Source: Gammaproteobacteria bacterium
GTDB lineage: Bacteria; Pseudomonadota; Gammaproteobacteria; Arenicellales; JAJDZL01
Reading direction: 5' to 3'
Length of the DNA: 64,000 nucleotides
Assembly (NCBI GenBank): GCA_022823405.1
Contig: JAJDXD010000138.1
Coordinates: 492-64,491 of the forward strand
The position numbers and the translations under genes were made by a program. Positions 44,557 through 54,588 of this stretch are shown here, one piece after another. The notes under the pieces were generated by a model. That model was not told where the DNA came from. It saw only the letters and a program-made list of their open reading frames with translations, and made no database searches. Numbering within the stretch: the first letter of the stretch is position 1; each line of letters starts with the position of its first letter.

Positions 44557-44997
44557 ATGAAACGAAAAAAAACAGCACATATCGACACGACGTCTGCCAA
44601 CTTTAGAAATCTGGTGATTTCGTTGTCTGATTCTGTTGGACAGCACCAGATTTCAGTTGTCCGCGACGCCATGCATCCGAACGCGCTGATATCATCTGAA
44701 GCCGTGCATTATGAACTGGTCAAGAAGATTTTTCGAGATATTTATCGGGCCAATCGCTGTTATCACCTCAATGCGACCGTTGACTGCCATAAAACCTTTG
44801 ATGTGCTTGGTAAGATTCACGCTGAACTCGTCGATTCAGAAAAAACTGATGTGGATCAGATTGGGCTGTTACAGAACATAGGTGAAGCGACTCGAGTATT
44901 TTTTGAAGCCCACAACTCCTGCCCATCCAATCAGACACCTGACTCAAAAAATTCTTCGGTCACACCGTTAGGCACAGTTGCCAGATTGATACGTTAG
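44557..44997 (+). CDS. Hypothetical protein (no recognisable motif)
   Basis: It is the only long ORF in the leuB/aroC gap. ATG 44557 (MKRKKTAH) is preferred over TTG 44533. The stop overlaps the convergent aroC stop by 4 nt. Coding status is unproven. Confidence 0.35.
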   Translation: MKRKKTAHIDTTSANFRNLVISLSDSVGQHQISVVRDAMHPNALISSEAVHYELVKKIFRDIYRANRCYHLNATVDCHKTFDVLGKIHAELVDSEKTDVDQIGLLQNIGEATRVFFEAHNSCPSNQTPDSKNSSVTPLGTVARLIR

Positions 44998-46157
44998 TCT
45001 TCTCCTGTCGCTTCAAATTCACCACCTGCCAGTTCGGATCGCTCAATTTCTGATGATTCGTCCGTTTCACCCGGAATAATTGGCACTGGCGGTATCACAT
45101 CGGCATTTTGACCGCGATGTCTGAGAGCGTGATCCATCAACACCAAAGCCAGCATTGCTTCGGCGATTGGTGCAGCTCGCAAACCCACACACGGATCATG
45201 CCTTCCCGTCACTGAAATACTAGCAGGCTCACCACTCACGTTTACCGTCTGTCCAGGTAACACAATACTCGAAGTTGGTTTGAATGCCACGTTTACGACA
45301 ATTGGCTGACCGGTGGAAATGCCGCCGACAATGCCGCCTGAATTATTTGACAAAAAACCCGAGGGCACTATTTCGTCACGATAGTCTGATCCTTTCATTG
45401 TGGCACTCTGAAATCCCGCACCAATTTCAACGCCTTTAGCTGCGTTGATACCCATCATTGCCGAAGCGATGTCCGCATCCAGACGGGAATAAACCGGTTC
45501 ACCCCAGCCCACTGGAACATTATTTGCCACTGCCGTCACCACCGCGCCGACAGAGTCTCCAGCACGGCGCAACTCGTCAATATACTCTCCAAGTCGTTCG
45601 ACCTCAGACGGGTCCGGCCAGAAAAACGGATTGTTGTCTACAGAATCCCAATTGTGGGACTCTGGCTTTATAGGGCCAATCTGCGATACATAGCCGCGAA
45701 TCTCAACACTGTAGCGCTCGCGTAGATATTTCTTGGCAATGGCGCCAGCAGCAACCCGAAGCGCGGTCTCCCGCGCCGACGAACGTCCGCCGCCTCGATA
45801 ATCTCTGATGCCGTACTTTTGCAGATAGGTGTAGTCTGCATGTCCAGGACGAAATCGGTCGGCAATGGCAGAATAGTCCCTTGAACGCTGCTGGGTATTT
45901 CGAATCAACAGGCCGATTGGTGTGCCCGTGGTTCGATTCTCAAACACACCAGACAGAATTTCTACCTCGTCAGACTCGCGCCGCTGTGTCGTGTAGCGGG
46001 ATCTGCCAGGTTTGCGTCGATCGAGTTCTGGCTGAATATCAGCCACCGTTAACTCCATGCCTGGTGGACAGCCATCCACAACACATCCAAGCGCCTCTCC
46101 GTGACTCTCGCCGAATGTGGTTAGAACAAACAGCTTTCCAAATGAATTACCTGACAT
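44994..46157 (-). CDS. aroC: Chorismate synthase
   Basis: [20 protein letters not shown]...GRSSARETA...RHDPCV. It has an acidic C-terminal extension. Confidence 0.95.
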   Translation of the reverse strand: MSGNSFGKLFVLTTFGESHGEALGCVVDGCPPGMELTVADIQPELDRRKPGRSRYTTQRRESDEVEILSGVFENRTTGTPIGLLIRNTQQRSRDYSAIADRFRPGHADYTYLQKYGIRDYRGGGRSSARETALRVAAGAIAKKYLRERYSVEIRGYVSQIGPIKPESHNWDSVDNNPFFWPDPSEVERLGEYIDELRRAGDSVGAVVTAVANNVPVGWGEPVYSRLDADIASAMMGINAAKGVEIGAGFQSATMKGSDYRDEIVPSGFLSNNSGGIVGGISTGQPIVVNVAFKPTSSIVLPGQTVNVSGEPASISVTGRHDPCVGLRAAPIAEAMLALVLMDHALRHRGQNADVIPPVPIIPGETDESSEIERSELAGGEFEATGED

Positions 46158-46329
46158 CAGTTAATTCTCCCGAACACCTCGTCGGCAGGCTGAGTCTATC
46201 GCTGCGTTCAGTGGGTAAAGTGGAATAATGCGGCGCAACTGACTGACTTGAGACATGATCTGCAATCCCTCTCGGTCAGAATTTCTACGGCCTGAAACAG
46301 TTCTCACAGGTTTCTATCGACAGTCTTCG

Positions 46330-46896
46330 CTAAGTTATGGGCAACGTAACACCAATTTGCCCCTGATACTTACCTTTTCTATCTCGATACGATGTTTCGC
46401 ACGGCTCGGAAGCTTCAAAAAAAATAACTTGCGCCACACCCTCATAGGCGTAAATTTTTGCAGGGAGCGGTGTTGTATTCGAAAATTCAAGTGTGGCGTA
46501 TCCTTCCCACTCCGGCTCGAATGGTGTTACATTGACGATGATGCCACATCGGGCATAGGTCGATTTACCGAGACAGACGGTCAGCACATTACGCGGGATT
46601 CGAAAATACTCAATGGTCCTGGCTAAAACAAAAGAATTTGGCGGTATAACACAGACTTCGCCGTAAAAGTCGACAAAGCTGGAATCGGAAAATTCCTTAG
46701 GATCAACGATGGCTGTGTGAATGTTTGTGAAAATTTTAAACTCGTTTGAGCAACGGATATCGTATCCATAGCTCGACGTACCATAGGAAATTACCCGCTT
46801 GCCGTCATTTTGACTGACTTGCTCAGGGACAAACGGCTCAATCATGCCATGCTTTTCCGCCATTTCACGGATCCATTGATCTGATTTAATTGACAC
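46330..46896 (-). CDS. dcd: dCTP deaminase
   Basis: MSIKSDQWI...SSYGYD...the pattern matches Dcd, and it lies next to apbC/metG as in other gammaproteobacteria. Confidence 0.95.
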   Translation of the reverse strand: MSIKSDQWIREMAEKHGMIEPFVPEQVSQNDGKRVISYGTSSYGYDIRCSNEFKIFTNIHTAIVDPKEFSDSSFVDFYGEVCVIPPNSFVLARTIEYFRIPRNVLTVCLGKSTYARCGIIVNVTPFEPEWEGYATLEFSNTTPLPAKIYAYEGVAQVIFFEASEPCETSYRDRKGKYQGQIGVTLPIT

Positions 46897-46910
46897 GACT
46901 GTGTTCCGCT

Positions 46911-48002
46911 TCAGGTGTTTTGAATGACAATCGATGGGAAATCGCTTGTGAAATCCTTCTTCTGTTGAGAGAGCCGGGCGGCGGCCGTACGAGCAATTTT
47001 GCGGTAGATTTGTGCTATTTCACCGTCGGGATCATTGACTACCGTTGGCCTGCCGCGATCTGCATCGCGTCTGATTCTTACGTCGAGCGGCACCCCGCCA
47101 AGGTAGCCGACACCGTATTCCTCGGCCATCCGCTGACCTCCTCCTTCACCAAAAATATGTTCCTGGTGTCCACAATTACTACAAATGTAAGTGCTCATGT
47201 TTTCAACGACACCGAGCACTTCAATTTCAACTTTCTCGAACATTCGATACGCTTTCCGAGCATCCAGCAGTGCTATATCCTGTGGAGTGGTCACGATTAC
47301 TGCACCACTCACCGGTACCCGCTGGGCAAGTGTCAGCTGCGTGTCGCCCGTGCCAGGTGGCAGGTCAATCACCAGATAATCCAAATCGGTCCACGCGGTT
47401 TGCTTGAGCAGCTGCTCAAGTGCCTGAGTGACCATAGGACCTCGCCATATCATCGGCGTTTCCTCTTCGATCAAGAACCCAATTGACATGGTCTGGAGGT
47501 GGTAACTGAATACCGGCTGCATTGACTTTCCATCCTTGGATTGTGGTTTGCCCCGCACCCCCATCATACGCGGCTGACTCGGGCCGTAAATATCTGCATC
47601 CAGAATGCCGACTTGCGCACCCTCCGACGACAGTGCCAGTGCCAGGTTTGCAGAAACAGTGGACTTCCCGACACCACCCTTGCCTGAAGCCACCGCGATC
47701 ATATTTTTTACATTCGGGATTGGCGATACACCCTTTTGCACTGAATGTGAGAAAACCTTGTTACTGACAGACACTTCAATTTCCGAAACGCCATCAATTC
47801 CATCAAGACGGCTTTCGATTTCCGCACGAAAATCTGGAATGCAACTCTTGGCTGGGTATCCCAATTCAAGTGTCACCTTTACCCGCTGATCATCAACCAG
47901 AATTTCCTTGATTTTTCGGTCGTCCACCAACGAGGTTTCCGAATGAGGATCTTGAATCGTCTGCAATGCTGATTCAATATCGGATTTGGTTACGGTTGTC
48001 AT
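46911..48002 (-). CDS. apbC: Fe-S cluster carrier ATPase ApbC/Mrp
   Basis: Deviant Walker [11 protein letters not shown], the CxxC motif CSNCGH, and an N-terminal DUF59-like domain. Confidence 0.9.
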   Translation of the reverse strand: MTTVTKSDIESALQTIQDPHSETSLVDDRKIKEILVDDQRVKVTLELGYPAKSCIPDFRAEIESRLDGIDGVSEIEVSVSNKVFSHSVQKGVSPIPNVKNMIAVASGKGGVGKSTVSANLALALSSEGAQVGILDADIYGPSQPRMMGVRGKPQSKDGKSMQPVFSYHLQTMSIGFLIEEETPMIWRGPMVTQALEQLLKQTAWTDLDYLVIDLPPGTGDTQLTLAQRVPVSGAVIVTTPQDIALLDARKAYRMFEKVEIEVLGVVENMSTYICSNCGHQEHIFGEGGGQRMAEEYGVGYLGGVPLDVRIRRDADRGRPTVVNDPDGEIAQIYRKIARTAAARLSQQKKDFTSDFPSIVIQNT

Positions 48003-48184
48003 AAAGGTTGTTCGAATTCCAAGGGGTTAAACCGTTGCACGACGATCGAATTCGCCTGCATACTGACTGGAAAGAAATAAAATAATGGCAGAACGCTATA
48101 CTGCGTACCGGTAAACACATTCAGTATCTGACTGGTGCGCATATTTTAGCATACCGCGGAACAACTGCTTGATGGTGACAGCAG

Positions 48185-48213
48185 TCAAATGAATTGCTGA
48201 TCAATTCATTTGA
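48185..48213. promoter_or_regulatory. Perfect 12-bp inverted repeat upstream of metG
   Basis: TCAAATGAATTG (48185-48196), loop CTGAT, CAATTCATTTGA (48202-48213). Flanking bases extend the pairing imperfectly. It lies 48 nt upstream of the metG ATG in the apbC/metG divergent region. Confidence 0.3.
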
Positions 48214-48260
48214 TCGCTGCTTCAGCCAACATCCCCATGATCTAATCAAGGTTATCTGAA

Positions 48261-50249
48261 ATGCACAGAAAAATTCTTGTCACGAGCGCTTTACCATACG
48301 CAAATGGCCCGATTCATCTCGGGCACATGGTTGAGTACATCCAGACAGATATTTGGGTTCGATTTCAGAGAATGAATGGCAATCTGTGTTATTTTGTATG
48401 CGCGGACGATGCACACGGCACGCCGATAATGCTACGCGCCAGAAGTGAAAATCTGACGCCTGAACAGTTGATTCAGCACTATCAGGAAGCACATGAGACA
48501 GATTTTGCTGATTTCAATATTTCTTTCGATAACTACCACTCGACTCATTCTCCTGAGAATCGAGAACTTGCCGAGTACATTTACCTGCAACTGAAAAAAG
48601 GTGGTCACATTCGTCGAAAGGTGATTAATCAGGCTTACGACCCGGGTGAAAATATTTTCTTGCCCGACAGATTTGTCAAGGGAACCTGCCCGCGCTGCGG
48701 TGCTGAAGATCAATATGGTGACAGTTGCGAAAAATGCGGTGCAACCTATACACCTTCCGACCTGAAAAATCCAGTTTCGGTACTTTCCGGTCTACCACCC
48801 GAACACCGTGAATCTGAACATCTGTTTGTGCGTTTAAGCAACTTTAATGACATGCTGCAGGACTGGGTTGGTAATGAAATTTCACAAAGTGAGGCTCGCA
48901 ACAAACTGAAAGAATGGTTTGATGTGGGCTTGACGGACTGGGATATTTCTCGTGATGCCCCTTATTTCGGATTCCGGATTCCGGAAGAAGAGAACAAATA
49001 TTTTTACGTTTGGCTGGATGCTCCCATCGGGTATATGGCCAGTTTCAAGAATTTTTGCGACCGTGAAGGCATTGATTTCGATGCCTTCTGGAAAGATGAG
49101 GAGCAGACTGAACTGTACAACTTTATCGGTAAGGACATTTTGTATTTTCATGCCTTGTTTTGGCCGGCCATGCTTCATGGTGCCGGTTTTCGCAGACCGA
49201 CCGATGTCTACTCGCATGGCTTCCTGACCGTCAATGGCAAGAAAATGTCCAAGTCACGCGGAACCTTTATTATGGCCCGCACTTATCTAGACCATCTGAA
49301 CCCGGAATATCTGAGATATTACTACGCCGCTAAACTGAACGAAAAAATTGAAGACCTTGATCTTAATCTTGAGGATTTCGTTCAGCGCATTAATTCGGAT
49401 TTGGTTGGTAAAGTCGTCAATATCGCCAGTCGCTGTGCGAAGTTCATATCAAATCGGTTTGAAGGCAGACTCAGCACCGAACTGGATCACCCTGAACTGT
49501 ATCAAGAACTGGCAGATGCGCTTTCTTCCATCTCAGAATTCTATGAGAATCGCGCTTTCAGCAAGGCTATGCGGAAGATTATGGCTCTTGCCGACAAAGC
49601 CAATCAGTATGTCAATGATGCCCAACCATGGGTTATCGCGAAAGATCCCGCACAGGTGAATCGGTTGCACAATGTGTGTACGCAAGGCATCAACATGTTT
49701 CGCGTACTCATTTACTATCTGGCACCCGTGGTGCCGGACTTGGCTCGTCGCAGTGGTGAATTCTTGAATGATTCGATTGATCAGCTTGAAAAAGTTCAAA
49801 CGCCATTGCTTGATCATCAGATTTCACCGTATGTCCACCTGATGACACGGATTCAACAAAAGGATGTCGATGGAATGATTGATCAATCCATGGAAAAGGA
49901 AGCGGCCCTTGATACGAGTCACGACAACATTATTTCTATAGAAGATTTTGCCAAGGTTGATCTTCGTACCGCGTTGATTATTGAAGCATCGGATGTTGAG
50001 GATTCAAACAAACTGATTCGCCTGAAGGTTGATCTCGGTACCGAAACCAGGCAGGTATTTGCTGGAATCAAGGGATATTATTCACCAGATGAGTTAGTCG
50101 GTAGGAAGGTTGTGGTGGTGCGCAACCTTAAACCGAGGAAAATGAAATTCGGCACTTCCGAAGGTATGATTCTGGCGGCTGGTGATGATGATGGCCTGTG
50201 GCTGATCGACCCCGGCAAGCAGGTTGGTCTTGGTGTACCTGTCAATTGA
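48261..50249 (+). CDS. metG: Methionyl-tRNA synthetase
   Basis: The HIGH motif (ANGPIHLGH), KMSKS, the zinc knuckle CPRCG...CEKCG, and a C-terminal tRNA-binding domain. Confidence 0.95.
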   Translation: MHRKILVTSALPYANGPIHLGHMVEYIQTDIWVRFQRMNGNLCYFVCADDAHGTPIMLRARSENLTPEQLIQHYQEAHETDFADFNISFDNYHSTHSPENRELAEYIYLQLKKGGHIRRKVINQAYDPGENIFLPDRFVKGTCPRCGAEDQYGDSCEKCGATYTPSDLKNPVSVLSGLPPEHRESEHLFVRLSNFNDMLQDWVGNEISQSEARNKLKEWFDVGLTDWDISRDAPYFGFRIPEEENKYFYVWLDAPIGYMASFKNFCDREGIDFDAFWKDEEQTELYNFIGKDILYFHALFWPAMLHGAGFRRPTDVYSHGFLTVNGKKMSKSRGTFIMARTYLDHLNPEYLRYYYAAKLNEKIEDLDLNLEDFVQRINSDLVGKVVNIASRCAKFISNRFEGRLSTELDHPELYQELADALSSISEFYENRAFSKAMRKIMALADKANQYVNDAQPWVIAKDPAQVNRLHNVCTQGINMFRVLIYYLAPVVPDLARRSGEFLNDSIDQLEKVQTPLLDHQISPYVHLMTRIQQKDVDGMIDQSMEKEAALDTSHDNIISIEDFAKVDLRTALIIEASDVEDSNKLIRLKVDLGTETRQVFAGIKGYYSPDELVGRKVVVVRNLKPRKMKFGTSEGMILAAGDDDGLWLIDPGKQVGLGVPVN

Positions 50250-50905
50250 ACTCGCACTCGAATTCAGATTTAACCGTCTCAGACATTGACCAGTGTTTGC
50301 CACAGACACAGTGCACGGTTTGTGGATATCCGGGCTGTCTTGAATACGCTAATGCGTTGTTCAACAACGAAGCACAAATCAACCGCTGTCCTCCGGGTGG
50401 TGCGGTTACCCTGTCCGCGCTGGCTAGTCAATTAAATCATCCAGAAATTCCGCTGGCAGATGATTGTGCCCCTTACGCGGGTCGCTTCGTTGCTGAGATT
50501 ATTGAATCGGAGTGCATTGGATGCACCCTTTGCATTGACCCTTGTCCTGTCGATGCCATCATTGGGGCATCACGACAGATGCACAGTGTATTGACTGATG
50601 ATTGTACTGGTTGCGAGTTGTGCCTCAAATTTTGCCCGGTCGATTGTATCGTAATGGTCAAACATTCCGATCATCGGGAAGGTGAAACCTGGCCCGAATT
50701 TTTGGATTCAGAAGTCAATCGCTGGAGACTTCTGGCATCCCGTCACCGATCGCGGATGCAGTTTCAGCAAGATTCAACGGATGATGTCCAACCTGAAGAA
50801 ATAAAGCAGGAAATTCGAAAAGCAGTTAATCGCGAGCGGACAAAGCGGTGGAAGTCAAAAAAGCGCGCCACACGTCTTTTACACTCTCAAGCTTCAAGTA
50901 AATGA
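50246..50905 (+). CDS. RnfB-related soluble ferredoxin (4Fe-4S clusters)
   Basis: [14 protein letters not shown]...NRCPPGG followed by two CxxCxxCxxxCP motifs. It lies between metG and nth, as rnfB does in Pseudomonas. I place the start at TTG 50246, overlapping the metG stop; the ORF track uses GTG 50198. Confidence 0.7.
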   Translation: MNSHSNSDLTVSDIDQCLPQTQCTVCGYPGCLEYANALFNNEAQINRCPPGGAVTLSALASQLNHPEIPLADDCAPYAGRFVAEIIESECIGCTLCIDPCPVDAIIGASRQMHSVLTDDCTGCELCLKFCPVDCIVMVKHSDHREGETWPEFLDSEVNRWRLLASRHRSRMQFQQDSTDDVQPEEIKQEIRKAVNRERTKRWKSKKRATRLLHSQASSK

Positions 50906-51561
50906 ACGCTAAGAAAAGATTCGAAATTTTTGCAAGGCTAAAAGCCGCTAATCCGAACCCAACGACCGAACTGAATTACCGCAGCAACTTTGAACTGCTG
51001 ATCGCGGTCGTTCTGTCCGCCCAGTCAACCGACAAGGCCGTTAATCAGGCTACCAACAAACTGTTTACCGCAGCACCTGATCCTCAATCAATGCTGGACC
51101 TGGGCATTGATGGACTCCGTGAAATGATAAAGTCAATTGGTCTATTCAACAGTAAGGCTAAGAATATTCTCAGCTTGTGCAAAATTTTGATCGATAAGCA
51201 CGATGGAAATATTCCGTCCAATCGAGTCGATCTGGAAGCACTGCCTGGGGTGGGACGAAAAACTGCAAATGTCATTTTGAATACTGCGTTTGGTCAACCG
51301 ACTATCGCGGTTGACACACATATCTTTCGAATTTCAAACCGAATTGGTCTGGCACCCGGCAAGAATGTCATCGAAGTGGAACAGAATTTGTTGAAATGGG
51401 TACCAAGAGAGTTTATGGTTGATGCCCACCACTGGCTGATTCTTCACGGTCGGTACACCTGCACTGCAAAAAAGCCAAATTGCTACTCATGCGTCATTTT
51501 CGACTTGTGTGAATTTTCTGGAAAGCAGGAATATGCTGACATACAACTTCAAAAGGCATAA
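50902..51561 (+). CDS. nth: Endonuclease III
   Basis: The HhH-GPD motif (LPGVGRKTANVIL), catalytic-region DTH, and a C-terminal Fe-S cluster Cx6CxxCx5C. Confidence 0.95.
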   Translation: MNAKKRFEIFARLKAANPNPTTELNYRSNFELLIAVVLSAQSTDKAVNQATNKLFTAAPDPQSMLDLGIDGLREMIKSIGLFNSKAKNILSLCKILIDKHDGNIPSNRVDLEALPGVGRKTANVILNTAFGQPTIAVDTHIFRISNRIGLAPGKNVIEVEQNLLKWVPREFMVDAHHWLILHGRYTCTAKKPNCYSCVIFDLCEFSGKQEYADIQLQKA

Positions 51562-51571
51562 AGGCGAGTGA

Positions 51572-52009
51572 ATGACGACTGAAACCAATGAACGTCAGTT
51601 CCTGTTTGACATTTGGTACAAAGTTCAGAACAAAGAAAAGCTCAATGCTACTGAAAAGATGATCGGCAAAATCATCGAAATGCACCCAGAAGTGGACAGT
51701 GTGCTATCAAATCCTGAAGTTTTTGCTGACCATCAATTCGACATTGACGAACCGGACCCTTTTTCTCACCTTGGTCTACACGCCATCGTAATGGAAATGG
51801 TGAGCAATGACTCACCAAGCGGTATTCGCTCCATCTATGATCAGCGCGTAAATCAAAGAGGAGATAAACATGAGGCTCAACACGACCTGATGCTGGCTGT
51901 ATTTGACTGGCTAGTCGTCTATGCGGAAGATGAAATGAATGAAGAGCAGGAAAGACAGTTTATCGCTCAACTGCGTGAACAATTCAGTCAGGCAGTCACT
52001 GATAATTGA
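51572..52009 (+). CDS. DUF1841 family protein
   Basis: FLFDIWYK...IIEMHPE...DPFSHLGLHAIVMEM...DKHEAQHDLM matches the DUF1841 pattern as I recall it. Confidence 0.65.
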   Translation: MTTETNERQFLFDIWYKVQNKEKLNATEKMIGKIIEMHPEVDSVLSNPEVFADHQFDIDEPDPFSHLGLHAIVMEMVSNDSPSGIRSIYDQRVNQRGDKHEAQHDLMLAVFDWLVVYAEDEMNEEQERQFIAQLREQFSQAVTDN

Positions 52010-52097
52010 TCAGCAATGAAGATACTTCAATCTCTATTCAACACCATTACCACATTCTGTGGTGATAATTATGCTTTTCATTCCATTCACTTAAATC

Positions 52098-52123
52098 CAG
52101 ATTGATTGTTTGAAACAAATCTG
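52098..52123. promoter_or_regulatory. Imperfect inverted repeat upstream of the bufferin-like operon
   Basis: In CAGATTgatTGTTTgAAACAAATCTG, the outer arms CAGATT/AATCTG and the inner arms TGTTT/AAACA pair. It lies about 77-100 nt upstream of ATG 52200. Confidence 0.2.
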
Positions 52124-52199
52124 ACAAATCGCAGGTCAAAGTAAGTCACCCGTTTTAGGGGTATTACTTTTTATTCAGTAACTTTTGGAGGACTGACCT

Positions 52200-52460
52200 A
52201 TGAAGTCTCAGAAACTTCTTCTCGCTACAGCGATTAGCGGTGCAATCGCTCTCGGATCATTGACCCTTTCAACCGTCGCGAATGCGGGCGAAGAAAAGGA
52301 AAAATGCTATGGTGTAGCCAAAGCCGGGCACAATGATTGTCAAACCGCCAACAGCTCCTGCGCTGGCACTTCAACCATGGACGATCAGGGTGATGCATTT
52401 GTTCTTCTCCCCAAGGGATTGTGCGGAAAACTCACCGGCGGCAGTTTAGAATCGTCGTAG
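52200..52460 (+). CDS. bufA: DUF2282 (BufA1-type) secreted RiPP precursor peptide
   Basis: GGAGG lies upstream of the ATG. The Sec signal ends in TVANA/GE. The core [25 protein letters not shown]...[11 protein letters not shown] has four Cys spaced as in DUF2282. Confidence 0.8.
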   Translation: MKSQKLLLATAISGAIALGSLTLSTVANAGEEKEKCYGVAKAGHNDCQTANSSCAGTSTMDDQGDAFVLLPKGLCGKLTGGSLESS

Positions 52461-52493
52461 ATTTCCCGCAATTTTTCGATTACATGCTTTGAC

Positions 52494-53345
52494 ATGGTTA
52501 CGCACCCGATTCCAGCAGATTCCGTTGGAATCGGACTGCGTGGCGATCACTGTGAATACGTCGCAGTCAATAAGCCGTCAGTTGACTGGTTTGAAATTCA
52601 CAGCGAAAATTATTTTGGACAAGGTGGTGCTCCACACGATTGGTTAAGACAAATCCGTCAAGACTACAACCTCAGCTTTCATGGCGTCGGGCTTTCACTG
52701 GGCTCAACAGATGACCTGAATGTAAAACACCTGGAACGGCTCAAGGAATTGATTCACATTTACGAACCGGGTCTGGTGTCAGAACACTTGTCGTGGAGTT
52801 CAATTGATGGGATCTATCTTCACGACCTTTTGCCACTGCCATTCACAAAAGAAACAATCGTACATCTCGCAAGTCGCATCGAACGGGTTCAGGATATGTT
52901 AGGTCGCACTATCCTAGTCGAAAATGCGTCGACCTATCTTGAGTTCTCGCATTCCGAAATGAGTGAATGGGAGTTCATTAACGAAATCACCCGCCTAAGT
53001 GGTTGTCAATTATTGCTTGACATCAATAACGTATATGTAAATGCCTGCAATCACCAGTTTGATCCGATTGAATTTTTTTCCAAGATATCTCCTAGCGTAG
53101 TTGGTGAGATTCACTTGGCAGGACACACCGTGAAGAATTTGCCGGAAGGTACAATTCGTATTGACACTCATGACCAGAGAGTCTGCGACGATGTCTGGCA
53201 TCTATATGAAGCCGTTGCAAATCGCTTTCATGCGGCACCCACTCTGATTGAATGGGATAAGGAACTACCGGAATTTTCCGTTCTGATGGATGAAGCAAAT
53301 ATCGCTAGAAGCTACCGCCAGGAGATGCAAAGTGCAGCTGCGTGA
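52494..53345 (+). CDS. bufB: DUF692 / MNIO (multinuclear non-heme iron oxidase), BufB-like
   Basis: GIGLR...VDWFEIHSENYF...SFHGVGLSLGS...VSEHLSW...ENASTYL...HLAGH is the UPF0276/DUF692 signature. Confidence 0.85.
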   Translation: MVTHPIPADSVGIGLRGDHCEYVAVNKPSVDWFEIHSENYFGQGGAPHDWLRQIRQDYNLSFHGVGLSLGSTDDLNVKHLERLKELIHIYEPGLVSEHLSWSSIDGIYLHDLLPLPFTKETIVHLASRIERVQDMLGRTILVENASTYLEFSHSEMSEWEFINEITRLSGCQLLLDINNVYVNACNHQFDPIEFFSKISPSVVGEIHLAGHTVKNLPEGTIRIDTHDQRVCDDVWHLYEAVANRFHAAPTLIEWDKELPEFSVLMDEANIARSYRQEMQSAAA

Positions 53346-54120
53346 GTTGCAAAGTCAATTTAGTGCTGAAATTCTTTGCGGAGAAAATACAAGCATACAA
53401 ACACTTGTTGAACAGCGCGGTTTTCAAGCCAAACAGCGAATTAGTGTTTATCGGAATAACATATTTGCAACCCTGACTGAAACACTATCCAACATATTTC
53501 CTGTTAGCTGTGCAATGGTTGGTGAAGAGTTCTTCAATTCAATGGCGCGAATCTATATTCGATCCCATACACCAGACAGTGGGAATCTGCATGACTTTGG
53601 CGAACACCTGCCGTCTTTTATTGAGTCCATGCCCGAACTCAGTAACTATCCGTATTTGTCTGCACTCGCCGAAATTGACTGGGCCTGCCATCAGGCGTTT
53701 CACTCGGTATCAGCGACTGCTCTTGATATCAGTAGTCTGGGTGATTTTTCACCCGACAACTACGAAGACCTGCAGTTTGAGTTTCACCCCTCAATACACA
53801 CAGTCAAGTCCAAATATCCGATATTTGATATTTGGGACTTCGCGACGTCGAATGGCCACGCTGACACCATACCGAACATCAAATCTGAAGGGCAACAAGT
53901 TCTGATTCATCGCTCCAAAAGTGGTGTAAAAGTTGTAAACATCGAAGACGAACTATTTCAAATGATCAAATCTCTTCGAGAGCATAAAACGCTCGGAGCG
54001 ACTTTTACCTCAACTCTTGATTTAAATCCCGAATACAATTTGAAAGAAGGATTGAATCGCCTGTTTTCGTTTGGCGTAGTATCCACAATTACGGTTAAGC
54101 GTAGCATCGTTCATCAATAA
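53332..54120 (+). CDS. bufC: DUF2063 protein, BufC-like partner of the MNIO
   Basis: LRELQSQFSAEIL...RISVYRNNIFATLTETLSNIFPV...GEEFF is the DUF2063 N-terminal pattern. GTG 53332 is preceded by AGGAGA at 7-nt spacing. The ORF track's alternative is ATG 53290. Confidence 0.75.
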   Translation: MQLRELQSQFSAEILCGENTSIQTLVEQRGFQAKQRISVYRNNIFATLTETLSNIFPVSCAMVGEEFFNSMARIYIRSHTPDSGNLHDFGEHLPSFIESMPELSNYPYLSALAEIDWACHQAFHSVSATALDISSLGDFSPDNYEDLQFEFHPSIHTVKSKYPIFDIWDFATSNGHADTIPNIKSEGQQVLIHRSKSGVKVVNIEDELFQMIKSLREHKTLGATFTSTLDLNPEYNLKEGLNRLFSFGVVSTITVKRSIVHQ

Positions 54121-54147
54121 TTCTACTTCTCGGTCCTGGAAGAACTT

Positions 54148-54588
54148 ATGGCTGCAATCATTCAACTTTATCGAAAAATACTCTGTCTGCTAAATTGTGG
54201 GGCACCGATTGCTGATCTGTTGCTGCGACTTTGGGTGGCAAATGTCTTTTGGAAATCTGGACTGACCAAAATAGCCAACATAGATACCACCATGTATCTT
54301 TTTGAATATGAATACGCTGTGCCAATTGTGCCATTTGAATTGGCAGCTTACATGGCGATTTTTGCGGAACTGGTCTTTCCAGTGCTTTTGGTACTTGGGC
54401 TGGCAACTCGAGCAACTGCCGCAGCACTTTTTGTTTTTAATGCCATGGCCGTTATATCGTATCCGTCATTGAATCCCGCTGGGATAGTTCAGCATCAAGT
54501 GTGGGGCATCATGCTATTGATCCCGCTGTTTCATGGAGCCGGGGCAATTTCACTTGACCACTTCATAAACAAGCGGTTTCCCAAGTAG
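54148..54588 (+). CDS. DoxX family membrane protein
   Basis: 146 aa with four hydrophobic segments and LLRLWVANVFWKSGLTKI, typical of DoxX. It is the fourth gene of gig/buf-type operons. Confidence 0.8.
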   Translation: MAAIIQLYRKILCLLNCGAPIADLLLRLWVANVFWKSGLTKIANIDTTMYLFEYEYAVPIVPFELAAYMAIFAELVFPVLLVLGLATRATAAALFVFNAMAVISYPSLNPAGIVQHQVWGIMLLIPLFHGAGAISLDHFINKRFPK

